Assembly: GCA_045225975.1 (NCBI GenBank)
Contig: JBGVBX010000024.1
Coordinates: 15,497-79,496, forward strand
Reading direction: 5' to 3'
Length of the DNA stretch: 64,000 bases
Source: Malacoplasma sp.
GTDB taxonomy: Bacteria > Bacillota_I > Bacilli_A > Mycoplasmatales > Mycoplasmoidaceae
In this document: positions 10,353 to 25,487 of the stretch, piece by piece
How positions within the stretch are numbered: position 1 is the stretch's first letter
Layout of the letters: every line of letters begins with the position of its first letter
Program-made: the position numbers and the translations under genes
The notes under the pieces: model-generated
The model's input: only the letters and a program-made list of their open reading frames with translations
Database searches by the model: none
Told to the model about the DNA's origin: nothing

Positions 10353-12761
10353 ATGTACAACCACAACTTAATTGAGAAAAAATGGCAGAAATATTGGAGC
10401 GAACACAAAACTTATAAGTTTGTTGATGATGATTCTAAACCAAAAGCATATATCTTGGATATGTTTCCTTATCCAAGTGGACAAGGATTACATGTAGGAC
10501 ATCCAAAAGGATATACTGCAACTGATGTTGTTTCAAGATTTAAACACTTTAATGGTTATAGTGTTCTTCATCCAATTGGTTGAGATGCATTCGGTTTACC
10601 TGCAGAACAATATGCAATTAATACTAATAATCACCCTGCAAAATTTACTCAGGAAAATATTAAACATTTTCGTAAACAACTTCAAATGATTGGTTTTAGT
10701 TATGATTATGATAAAGAAGTTGATACAACAGATCCAAAATATTACAAATGAACACAATGAATATTTTCAAAGTTATTCGAAAATGGTTTGGCAGAAATAA
10801 GAGATGTAGATGTAAACTGGTGTGAAAAACTAGGTACAGTTTTATCAAATGAGGAAGTTTTAAATAAAGATGGTAAAATGGTTTCTGAACGAGGAGAATT
10901 TCCTGTAGTTAGAAAACCAATGCGTCAATGAGTTCTAAAAATTACTAAGTATGCTGATAAACTAATTGAAGGGTTGGATTTAATTGATTGACCAGAATCA
11001 TTAAAAGCAATTCAGAGGAAATGAATTGGTAGATCAACTGGTGCATTAATTAGTTTTAAAACTAATGCTAATGTTGATTTAGAAGTATTTACAACAAGAC
11101 CAGATACATTATTCGGAGTAACTTATTTAGCTATAGCCCCAGACCATGATGATGTTAATAAGTTTATTACTAGTGAAAATAAATCAAAGTGTTTTGACTA
11201 CATTACTAAAGCTAAATCAAAAAGTGATTTGGAAAGAAAGGCAAATACTAAAGTTCAAACTGGTGTATTTTCTGGTTCATATGCAATCCATCCAATAACT
11301 AAAAATAAGTTACCAATTTATATTTGTGACTATATTTTAAAAGATTATGCTACTGGTTCAATAATGGCTGTTCCTGCTCATGATGAACGTGATTATAATT
11401 TTGCCAACAAATATAAATTACCAATTATAAAAGTTATTGATGTTGATGATAAACAATTACCATATACTAATGATGGCAAACATATTAATTCCGATTTCTT
11501 AAATGGTTTGAATAACAAATCAGCAACAAAATTAATGCTTGATTATTTAATCAAGCATAAATTAGGTAAATCTCATGTTACTTATAAAATGAAAGATTGA
11601 TTATTTAGTCGTCAAAGATATTGAGGTGAACCATTTCCAATTATTTATGATGAAAATGATAAACCGCACCTTGTCAATGATTTACCATTAATTCTCCCTG
11701 AATGTGACGATTATAAACCTTCAAATAATGGTAGAAGTCCATTATCTAAATTAACAAAATGAGTTAATATAACAATCAATAATAAAAAATATCATCGAGA
11801 AACAAATACTATGCCTCAATGAGCTGGTAGTTGCTGATATTATTTAAGTTATTTACTAAAACAACCAGATCATTCTTATGTTGATTTAAATTCAAAAAAA
11901 GCATATGAATTATTTAAACGATGATTACCAGTAGATTTATATGTCGGTGGTCAAGAACATGCTGTTTTACATTTATTGTATGCTCGTTTTTGACACCGTT
12001 TCTTATATGACATTAAAGTAGTTCCTACTCCTGAACCATTTTATCGACTTATGAATCAGGGAATGATTCTAGGTGAAAATGGTGAAAAGATGTCAAAATC
12101 TCGTGGGAATGTAATTAATCCAGATGAGATTATTAAAACTCATGGCGGTGATGCATTAAGACTATATGAAATGTTTATGGGTCCATTAAATGCATCATTA
12201 CCATGAACTGAGGATGGATTAAATGGTGTAAGAAAATGGTTAGATCGTGTTTATCGTTTATTTGAAATGAAAATTAAAGATTTTTCAAACAAAACTAATG
12301 AATCATTAGATTATGCATATAACTTATTTGTAAAAAATGTAACTAATAATATTGATAAAAATAATTTCAATGTCGCGATTAGTGATATGATGATCTTTAT
12401 TAATGCATGCTATGGTTTAGAAAAATTAAATAAAGAATATATGCATAATTTCTTAATTGTGCTTTCTTGTTATGCACCGCATTTAGCTGAGGAATTAAAT
12501 CAAATGATGGGATATAAAGAATCTATCTATCATTCTGTATGACCTAAATTTGATAAATCAAAACTTATATTATCACAAATGTCAATACCAATTATGATTA
12601 ATGGTAAACTTCGTGATGTAATAAAAGTTGATGTTTCAATTACTGAACAAGAAATTATTGCTTTAGTTAAAACTCAACCAAAAATTATTAAGTTTATTGA
12701 AAATAAATCAATAAAGAAAATAATTTATGTAAAAAATAAAATAGTTAACATTTTAATTTAA
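10353..12761 (+). CDS. leuS: Leucyl-tRNA synthetase
   Basis: [15 protein letters not shown] is a LeuRS-type N-terminus, with [13 protein letters not shown] (HIGH) and KMSKSRGN (KMSKS) motifs. Four fragments lie in frame 0, giving 802 aa. Confidence 0.95.
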
Positions 12762-12762
12762 T

Positions 12763-14103
12763 ATGAAATTTAAATCACTGTCATTAAGACCTTGAATATT
12801 GGATGTCTTAAATAAAAAACAGATTTATGAAACAACTGATATTCAAACAGAATCATTTTCAAGCAAAAATAACGGTAAGAGCTTAATTATTACTTCTAAA
12901 ACTGGAAGTGGTAAGACTTTATGTTTTCTAATCAACATTTTAAATAAAATTGATATTGATAAAAATAATGTTCAAGCATTGATATTAGTTCCCACAAAAG
13001 AACTATCTAATCAAATATATACCGTTTTTAATGAATTTGCAAGACAACAAAATAAGCTAAGAATTAAGATGTTGTCCAATAATGTTAATTTTAATGAAGC
13101 ATATAAATCCCAAATTATTATTGCCACACCAAATAAGGCTTTAGATTTTGTAAAAGATAAAGACATAAAAGAATCAATTAAATTTTTTGTTCTTGATGAA
13201 GCTGATATGTTAATAGATTTCGGTTTTTATAACACAATATTTAATGTCTTTAATGAAATTAATAATCAGTATTTAATTAAGTATGCAACTAGTGCAACAC
13301 TGCATGAATCATTGGCTAATCATTTAAAATTAATATTAACTAATGCTAAAGTAATTTCAACCTCTGATTCAATATGGTTGAATGATCAAATTTCACATAA
13401 CATTATATATCAATCTAATAACAATGATCCATATGATACTTTAAATAAGTTTTTAAAAACAATTAATCCTTATTTTTGTATCATTTTTGCTAATACAAAA
13501 AATGATGCAAATAACATTTATAAAAGAATGTTAGAGAACAATTACAATGTAGGATTAATTCATCAAGATTTTTTTGAAAGAAAAAGAAAGCAAATTTATC
13601 GTCAAATTCTCGATAATAAGTTTCAATATTTAGTAGCTACTGATTTAATTGCTAGAGGTATAGATATTCCTCATGCTGATATTGTTATTTCCTTTGGCTT
13701 GCCATTAGACACCATGTGGTATATTCATCGAGCCGGAAGAATAGGAAGAAATAAAAGAAACGGATATAGTTATTGTATTTATAGAACATCTGATGACAAT
13801 TTAATAAATAACTTAACTCATAAAGGAATTAAATGAAATTTTTATTTGATTAACAAAGATTTAAAGATTACTCAAAAAAACAAAGAATTAAGAATTAAAA
13901 AGAAGATTAAGTTTGATGAGCAAACAAATAATCAAATAAAAAAGATTATTTATACAAATTCCAAAAAAATAAAACCTGGATATAAGAAAAAGATTAAAAA
14001 ACAAATTCATAAGATAAAACAAAAAATTAGACACCAAAATATTGAACGTCAAATTAAGAGAATCTTAATTAAAAAGAATATTAAAGATTCAAAAAGAAGA
14101 TAG
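12763..14103 (+). CDS. DEAD-box ATP-dependent RNA helicase with a Lys-rich C-terminal tail
   Basis: Motifs are TGSGKT, VLDEADMLID, TSAT and HRAGRIGR. The frame starts at ATG 12763 (MKFKSLSLRPW...). ORF 13846-14103 is in the same frame across TGA 13834. Confidence 0.9.
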
Positions 14104-14154
14104 ATATTAGAAACTAAATATCTAAGTTTGAGATTCTACCCAAAGTCCAGAATG

Positions 14155-14180
14155 TATAATATATATATATATATATATAT
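14155..14180. repeat. Dinucleotide tract TATA+(AT)11, 46 nt upstream of the lipoprotein start codon
   Basis: The sequence reads directly as tataatatatatatatatatatatat. It begins with a TATAAT hexamer. Confidence 0.95.
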
Positions 14181-14226
14181 TTAATGTTAATGATAACAAA
14201 CTGCTACAGAAGTTATTTAGTTGGCT

Positions 14227-16143
14227 ATGAAAGATAAAAATAAAATCAAAATTATTAAATCAATATTGTTTTCTACTATAGGGGTATTGCCTATAAGTGT
14301 AGGTACTACTATAGCATTATCAAGTTGCGGCAAAAAACAAATAATTGGAGTTACAGGTGTCAAATTATACAAAAACGCAATATGATTATATGTGGGTAAT
14401 ACTAGCAAACTAACTGCAACTGTCTTACCAGAAAATGCAACCAATAAAAAAGTAACTTGGAGTTCAAGTAATGAATCTATTGCCACAGTTGATAAAAATG
14501 GAAATATTACAGCAGTTAGTGAAGGAACGGCAGATATTACTGTAACAACTGAAGAAGGTGGATTTACAGATATTTGCAAAGTTACTGTTAATAAAGATGT
14601 AATTCCTGTTGAAAGTATTTCATTAGACGCAAAAAGATTAGATTTGTTTGAAGGTGATCGCATCGCATTAGTTGCAAATATCTTACCAACAAATGCAACT
14701 AATAAAAATGTAACTTGAAGTTCATTAAAGCATTCTATTGCTACAGTTGATCAAAATGGAATTGTTACAGCAATTAGTAGAGGAGATGCAGAAATTTCTG
14801 CAACCACTGAAGATGGTTGGCATACAGCTACTTGCAAAGTTACTGTCATTAAAAAACCAGTTCAAGTTGATAGTGTTAAATTAAATATCAATAGATTATT
14901 TTTAGAAATAGGTGATTCTTACAAACTAACAGCAATTGTCTTACCGGAAGATGCAACTAATAAAAATGTAACTTGAAGTTCATCGAAGCCTGCTATTGCC
15001 ACTGTTAATCAAAATGGAAATGTTACAGCAATTAGTAAAGGAGATGTAGATATTACTGTAACAACTAAAGATGGTAACAAAACAGCTACTTGCAAAGTTA
15101 CTGTCACTGAAAAAATAATTCCTGTTGAAGGTATTGTATTAGACAAAGATGAATTAAAATTGAATGAAAATGCAACTGCCAAATTAACAGCAACTGTCTT
15201 ACCAACAAATGCAACCAATAAAAACGTAACTTGAAGTTCATTGAACAGTTCTATTGCTACAGTTGATCAAAATGGACTTGTTACAGCAATTAGTCCAGGA
15301 ACTGTAGATATTATTGTAAAAACTGAAGATGGTTTACATTCAGCTACTTGTCAAGTAGTAGTAGATCCAAATGTACCTGTTCAAGGTGTTATCATAAATG
15401 AGCGTTCATTAGATTTGCCATTTGCATGAAATCATCAATTAAATGCTACTGTTTTGCCATGAAATGCAACTAACAGAAAAGTATATTGGAGTTCAAGTAA
15501 TAAATCTGTTGCCACAGTTGATCAAGATGGAAATGTTACAGCAATTAGTGTAGGAAAAGCAACTATTACTGTAACCACTGAAGATGGTGGTTTTACAGAT
15601 AGTTGTGAATTGTCAGTAAAAGAATATATACCTGCTCATGGTGTTAGCATAAGTGAGCATTCATTATCTTTACCATTCGCATGAGAGCATCAATTTATCG
15701 CTAATGTTTTACCATGAAATGCAAATAATCGTAGTGTAACATGGTCTTCAAGTAATGAATCTGTTGTCACAATTGACCCTCTATTAGGAATAGCTAAAGC
15801 AGTTGGGTTAGGAAAAGCAACTATTACTGTAACAACATGAGATGGTTTACATAAAGATACTTGTGAAGTAAAAGTAAAAGAATATATACCAGTTGAAAGT
15901 GTTGAATTAACTGAGCATTCATTATCTTTACCATTTGCATGAGAGCATCAATTTATCGCTAATGTTTTACCATGGAATGCAAATAATCGTGGTGTATCAT
16001 GGTCTTCAAGTAATGAATCTGTTCTCACAATTGACCCTCTATTAGGAATAGCTAAAGCAGTAGGATTAGGAAAAGCAACTATTACTGTAACAACATGAGA
16101 TGGTTTACATAAAGATACTTGTGAAGTAACAGTAACACCATAA
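14227..16143 (+). CDS. Surface lipoprotein made of seven tandem bacterial Ig-like (Big_2-type) domains
   Basis: The signal peptide MKDKNKIKIIKSILFSTIGVLPISVGTTIALSSC has a lipobox Cys at residue 34. It is followed by seven units of about 86 aa with the consensus L.A.VLP.NATNK.VTWSS...IATVD.NG.VTA...G...ITV.T.DG....C.V.V. The protein is 638 aa with many in-frame TGA. Confidence 0.85.
14341..16140 (+). repeat. Tandem coding repeat of 258 nt, seven copies
   Basis: The periodicity shows in both the translation and the DNA. The last two copies (about 15661-15918 and 15919-16140) differ at only a handful of positions. Confidence 0.9.
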
Positions 16144-16254
16144 TTTGATAGAAACAAAAAATGTATCTGTCAAATATTTTAGCCATAATTAATTAAACCT
16201 GTATAGGCAACTTATACTCGATATTTTCAAATCTGATTTCAATTTTTAATCGTA

Positions 16255-18948
16255 TTAAATATCTAATTTTTTAATATTATCCAAGTATTGTTTTAATTCA
16301 CATCCACCTTGAGCAAATGTAATACTTCCACCACCTGAACCATTAAACAATTTATTCAATTTGTTAATTAGTGTATTAGCTGTATATTGTTTATCAGTTA
16401 CTTTACTACCTGTGATAACAAAATATCTAACTTTATCATTTACTTTATCAAAAGCAATGAGCGTTTTGTCTTTGTTTTCATTAGCTAATTGTCCTAGAGT
16501 ATTAATTAGTATTCTAGCATCAATATTATTTAGTTCAGTGATGATAATACTTTTATCTTTGTCAATGATAAATGATTTCTTTAATTCTACTGATTGACTT
16601 ATATTTTTATTCAAATTAGCTTTAGCAATTAATTTCTTCAAATCTTCTTTAACATTTGCAAAATTTTTAATTAATTTATGATAATTTTCTCTTGTTTTAT
16701 CAAAAGAGAGTTGTTTTATTTGTTTATCATATAGTTTGTGATCAATTTTAAATTTGTTCAATTCATCAACTAATGAATTGAATTCTTTTTTAATTTGACT
16801 AATTTTTTCTTCTAAGAATTCATTAATGGTATTGTTTGTTGTTAATCCTTCAATTCGGTATGAACCACTACCTTTAGTGTCAAGTTTAATAATCATGAAT
16901 TGCTCAAGTTCACCTAAATTTTTAACATGAGTACCACCACAGATATCGATTGTAGTGTTTTCCATAATTACTACACGCAATAAACCATTAATTTTTTTAT
17001 ATATGTTCTCAAAATGAGCATGTGCATGCATTTTTTTAGCATCTTCTAAACTCATTAATTTAGTTGTTACTTTAGCATTAGATTTAATATACTCATTAAC
17101 TTTTTGTTCAACTTTAAATAATTCTTCATCAGTTAATTTTGATTGGTATGAAAAATCAAAAGTTAATTTTTTTGCTGATTTAAATGCACCTTCTTGATGT
17201 ATTGAATCTGAAATACAAACTTGAAATGCTTTTTGTAATAAATGTTCACATGAATGATTGCAAGAAGTTAATTTACGGTTGGTTATATTGATTTGTAAAT
17301 CAACTTTATCTCCAATTCTAATCGGTTTATTAATTTCAATTAAATGCAAATGTTGACCATTAGGTGCTTTGATTACATCTAACACATTGTAATTAGATAT
17401 ATTTCCTATATCATGCTTTTGACCGCCACTTGTTGCATAGAAACAAGTTTTATCTAATACTATTCAACATTTACCTTTATTAAAATTGTTAACTGGATTA
17501 TATTTTTCATCAAAAATAGCAATAATTTTTGAACCACATAAACTTGTTTTTTCATATGAAAATATTGACTCATCTTTAAGTTTAATAAGATTTTCATTTT
17601 GTTGAATCATAGCTTTAACTCGTTTATTTCCATGAGATATTTGCTGATGTTTAGCAACAATATCTTCATATTTTTTAATATCAAATTTTATATTTCTTTG
17701 TTCACATAGGTTTTTAATAACTTCAAATGGAAAACCATAAGTGTCAGTTAATTTAAAAATAGTTTGTTCATCAATTTTTGCGATATCTTTTAAAGCCTTT
17801 TTATATAGTTCATAACCCTTAGTTAATGTATGATTAAATAATTTTTGTTCTTGCAAAATTACATCAATAATTGTTTGTTTATTATCATCCAAATGTGGAT
17901 AAAATCCATGCATTATTTTTATTATTGTGTTAATTGTTTCTGGCAAAAAATCATCAGAAACTTCAATATTTTTGCTACAAATAATAGCTCTTCTTAATAA
18001 TTTCCTTAAAATAGCACCCTTGTCTTTAGCACTAGGAATAGCACCGTCAGCAATAGCGAACACACAAGCTTTAATGTGATCAGCAATAATTATGAAATTG
18101 CGGTTAGTTTCTTTTTGAATTTTGTCTTTTGTAAAATATGCATTGGCATCATATTTGAATGATTTAGAGTATTTACCTATTGTTTGAATTATTGGAAGAA
18201 ATAGATCAGTATCATAATTTGTTGGTGTTTCTTGTAATACAGAAGCAAATCTTTCTAATCCAGCACCAGTATCAATATTTTTTCTTGCCAATTCAGTATA
18301 TTCATTTTTTCCGTTATTATTAAATTGCGAAAATACTATGTTTCAAATTTCAACATAACGATCATTTTCAATATCTTTGTAAAACAATTCAACACCTTTT
18401 TTATTAGGGTCAAATTTTTCACCGCGATCATAATAAATTTCAGTACATGGTCCACATGGCCCAGAACCTACATCTCAAAAATTACGATCACGATTACATT
18501 TAATGATGTGAGATGATTTTATTCCATGTTTAATTCATTCATTATATGCATCATTATCTTTTTCATAAACAGTAAAATAAAGTTTATTCACATCCATATG
18601 ATAATGATTTACTAATAAATCATAAGCAAATTCAATTGCCTCTTTTTTAAAATAATCACCAATAGAAAAATTACCTAACATTTCAAAAAATGTGTGGTGT
18701 CTTGAAGTGACACCAATGTTAAAAATGTCATTAGTTCTAATTGAACGTTGTGAACTTGTTAATCGACTGCTTGGAGGAATAGCAGTTCCAGAAAAATAAT
18801 TTTTTAAAGTTGCAACACCTGAGTTAATTCACAATAAAGAAGGGTCGTCATGTGGGATTAATGATTGAGAAGGGTACAAATAGTGATTTTTTTTTACAAA
18901 ATAATCTAGTCATGTTTTACGAATCTTGTCAGTAGTTCATTTATTCAT
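16255..18948 (-). CDS. alaS: Alanyl-tRNA synthetase
   Basis: The N-terminus is [17 protein letters not shown]..., the editing domain has H..CEHLL and CGGTHV motifs, and there is a C-terminal DHHA1-like GGG. All fragments share a frame, giving 897 aa. Confidence 0.95.
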
Positions 18949-19056
18949 AATGCATAAACCCTATTTACGATCTTATGATTATAGTTTATATTTAATATTA
19001 AATGCGTTAAAAATAATATCTTATATATTATTTATAAAATAAGTATTATTAGAAAT

Positions 19057-21762
<2,706 letters not shown>

Positions 21763-21773
21763 AAAGTGTTAGT

Positions 21774-23129
21774 ATGAAAATAGATATTTTATATTTTAAG
21801 CAATTATTAGATAGTGATGATGAATTATTTAAATTTATCGATAGTATTGTTTCTAACCCATCATTGAAAGCACAATATTATCATGATATTAATGAAATTT
21901 GTTTATCTACTAAACATTTAACTCGTAAAAATATAAGAAACAGAAAACAAGAGATTAAAATAGCTTGCAAAAACGGTAAAAAGAATAATATTGAATTATT
22001 AGCTTCTATTAATGAATGCGCAAAAGACCCAGTGATATTAGATTCTTATCCTGCAAATAGAATCACTGAAACAGTGAATATTATTAAAGAAATTGTTGAA
22101 AAAAGATGTTGTAAAATTCATAAATTTTTTCAGAGTGATTTAAAAAGATTTAATCAATTGAAACAAAAACCAATCCTCTATGTTCGTAATTTAACTAAAT
22201 ATTATAAATCGAAAAAAGTTCCAACAATTGATGCCTTGAATTTTGATGTATATCCTGGTGAGTTCCATGCCTTTATCGGTGCTAATGGTGCTGGAAAAAC
22301 CACAACAATTAAATCATTAATTGGTTCATATTACAAATGATCAGGAACAATTCTAATTCATGGTAAACCAAATACTTCAGAAGAAGCAAAACGTCAAATT
22401 TGTTATATTCCTGAAAAAGCAAATTTTCCTGAAAGATTTTCAGCTATTAGTTATTTAAAATGGATGGTTATGCTTTCTGGAGTTGGTCAAAAGCAAGCTA
22501 AGGAAATGGCTGAAAAGAAATTAAAAGAAATGAATATGTGGAATCTAAGAAACCGTTCACCAAATACATTCTCTTCAGGCCAACAAAAAAAGATTTTACT
22601 TGCTCAATCTTTGGTTTGTGATCCAAAGATGATCATTATGGATGAGCCAGTTGCTAATCTTGATCCAAAAGCAAGAATAGAATTCTTTGATACTTTATTA
22701 GATTTAGTTAAGCAAGGTAAATCTATTTTCGCTTCTTCTCACGTATTAGCTGAACTTGATATTTATGCTGATTCATTAACAATTCTTGATGGTGGTAAAA
22801 TTAAATATTCTGGTAAAAAAGAAGCATTATTGAGCAAATACAATGTTGATGAATACTTAATTGATTTTGATAGAAAACAAAAAGATAAATTTGATGAAAT
22901 CATGAAAGAAATGAAAATAGGCGTTAGTTATGACAACACAAAGAAATGCAATTTGTTAAAAATATCAGATCCTAAATTGGTTATTAAATTGCAAGAAGAA
23001 TTGTCTAAGAATAAGATTTATGTAAATTTATTTAGACGAAACTATCCTGATTTAACCGATATATATGAAGATATGATTATTTATGGTTCTCGTGATACCA
23101 TGAAAGAAACTTTAGATAATAAAAAGTAA
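21774..23129 (+). CDS. ABC transporter ATP-binding protein (ABC-2/CcmA-like) with an N-terminal extension of about 135 aa
   Basis: GANGAGKTT is Walker A, FSSGQQKKILLA is the signature motif and IIMDEPVANLD is Walker B. Fragments 21774-22340 and 22464-23129 share a frame. Confidence 0.85.
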
Positions 23130-23135
23130 CTATTA

Positions 23136-24923
23136 ATGAATATTAGTGAATTATTAACTTTCAAGTTAAAGAATGTTCCTCATAAACCTGGATGTTATCT
23201 ATGAAAGGATAAATATCAACAAGTCATTTATGTTGGTAAAGCTAGTGATTTATATAACAGAACACATCAATATTTTTTAAATAATCGTGATTCAAAAACA
23301 AATAAATTAGTTCAAAATATTGCAGATATTGATTTCATTATTGTCAATAATGAAAATGAATCATTAATTTTAGAAAACAATTTAATTAAAAAATATCAAC
23401 CAAAATATAATGTCTTATTAAAAGAAGGCACCTATTATCCTTATATAGTTTTAACAAAAGAAAAACATCCACGTTTGGTTTATACACATGAATCAAATTT
23501 ATACAAAGGCAAGTATTATGGCCCATTTGCTACAAACAAATCAAACAAATATAGTGTCTATAATTTTTTACAACATTTATTTCCATTGAGGAAATGTTGC
23601 AAGATACCTAAAAAAACTTGTCTTTATTACGATATTGGCGAATGTTTAGGTCCATGTGTTAATAATATTAGTCAAGATCAATATGATAAAATTGCTAAAA
23701 ATATTAATGATTTTTTTAGAGGGAATTTAAAGAATACAATTAATGATTTAAAACTAAAAGAAAAAGAATTTTCAAAAAAATTTAAATATGAAGAAGCTAA
23801 AAAAATCAACGAATTAATAAGTGGGATGCAACAAATTAGTCAATATCAAAATATTAATTTGGTCTCTAGTGAATCAATTAATGTTTTAGGATTTTATACT
23901 AACAAGAATAATATTTCCATTTCAATCTTTTCATATATAAATGGTAAATTGCTTGCTAAAAAAGAGCAAATAGCCGAAATCAACAATTCAATTTCAGAGA
24001 CAATTGAAAGCTATTTGATGCAATTTTATTATGAAAATTTAAATTTACCTAAAAAATGCTATGTAAGTTTAGAAAATAAAAAAATTAAAAGTTTATCTAA
24101 AAATTTAAATATTGAGTTTATTAATCCAAGCAAAGGTAAATTTAAAAATATTCTTGAAAATGCGATCGCTAATGCAAAAGCATATTATGATTCAAATTAT
24201 TTAAAATACAAAAAAGCTGTTGCACTAAATGAAGATGCCTTTGCAGAATTGAAAAGATTGCTGAATATGGATAATTTAAGCTTAATACATGTATTTGATA
24301 TTTCAAATCTTTTTAATGAAAATCGTGTTGGAGCAATGATCGCTCTTGAACATGGTAAATTTAATAAAAATCTATATCGTAAATTCATTATTAAGAACGA
24401 ACAAGCTAAATCAGATGTTGAATGTATGAAAGAAGTAATCATTCGTCAATATACTCGAATGTTAAAACAAAGAGAAGAACTACCTAATTTAATTATTGCT
24501 GATGGCGGTAAACAACAAGTAAATTTTATCATTCAAGCATTAAAAGTTAATAAGTTAGATTTGGTGATTCCTGTCATAGGACTTGTTAAGAATAAAAAAC
24601 ATGAAACTGAAAAAATTTATGTTCCAAACGATGAATTTATTAATTTAAAAAAGGAATCAGAACTATATCTTTATTTATTAAGAATACAAAATGAAGTTCA
24701 TCGTTTTGCCATTACTTTTTTTAGAAAAAGAAAACAATCTTCATTATTTAAATCAAAATTAAAAACAGTTATTGGAATAGGCAGTGCTACAGTTGAAAAG
24801 TTATTAAATAGTTATCAAAATATTAATGCAATTAAAGAAGCAAGTATTGAAGAATTATCTCAATATGTAGGAATTAAAAAAGCCAAAACAATTAAGGATT
24901 ATCTAAAACATAATTCACTATAA
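23136..24923 (+). CDS. uvrC: Excinuclease ABC subunit C
   Basis: The GIY-YIG N-terminus reads [20 protein letters not shown]...NR. The central UvrBC domain and a C-terminal HhH are present. The frame joins through TGA. Confidence 0.93.
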
Positions 24924-24961
24924 AATAGCTATATTATTATTAATATATAATATACCATGTT

Positions 24962-25480
24962 ATGGATAAAATGACTAGAATTTTAGTCATGTCTGACACC
25001 CATGGTCTTAGACAAGACGATGTAACTAAAATTATTCAAAACGAGCACTGTGACTACAATATTCATTGTGGTGACTATGGTTATAGTCTTGATTACATGA
25101 AGCAACATTTTAATTATTTTGTTCTTGGAAATAATGATAAAAGACAAAACGATGAACAATACACTATAAAATTTGAAATTTCTGGTTTCAAATTTTATTT
25201 ACTTCATGGTAACCAATTATATTGGCATCCATATAAAAACTGAATAAAAAATTTATTTATTAAAGCCGCAGAACAAAATGTTGATGTTTTGTTGTTTGGA
25301 CATTCTCATAGTTATTTTGTAGGAAACAGTAAGGAAAACATAATAATTGCTAATCCTGGTTCAATAACAATGGGCAGGTATGGTAGGCAAACATACATGA
25401 TTATTACCATTAAAAATCGTGAGATTAATTTTGAAAAACGTCCAGGTATTGTTGATGCGAAAGATAAAAAAGAGAATTAA
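24962..25480 (+). CDS. YfcE/MJ0936-family metallophosphoesterase
   Basis: Motifs are ILVMSDTHG, HCGDYG, GNND, LHGN and GHSH. Two fragments join via TGA. The start could instead be ATG 24971. Confidence 0.8.
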
Positions 25481-25487
25481 TTAAGCT

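Noticed and set aside
16144-16254. Intergenic regions of 100-140 nt (14104-14226, 16144-16254, 30950-31055, 38493-38631, 63155-63254), scanned for structured ncRNAs, CRISPR repeats or riboswitches.
   Set aside because: I found no repeated spacers or direct repeats, no GC-rich helices and no recognisable ncRNA motifs. These regions are adequately explained as promoter or terminator space between divergent or convergent genes.
18949-19056. Possible T-box riboswitch leaders upstream of alaS, ileS, leuS and argS.
   Set aside because: The upstream intergenic regions are only 1-108 nt and almost entirely A/T. There is no T-box consensus, specifier-loop architecture or terminator/antiterminator pair.
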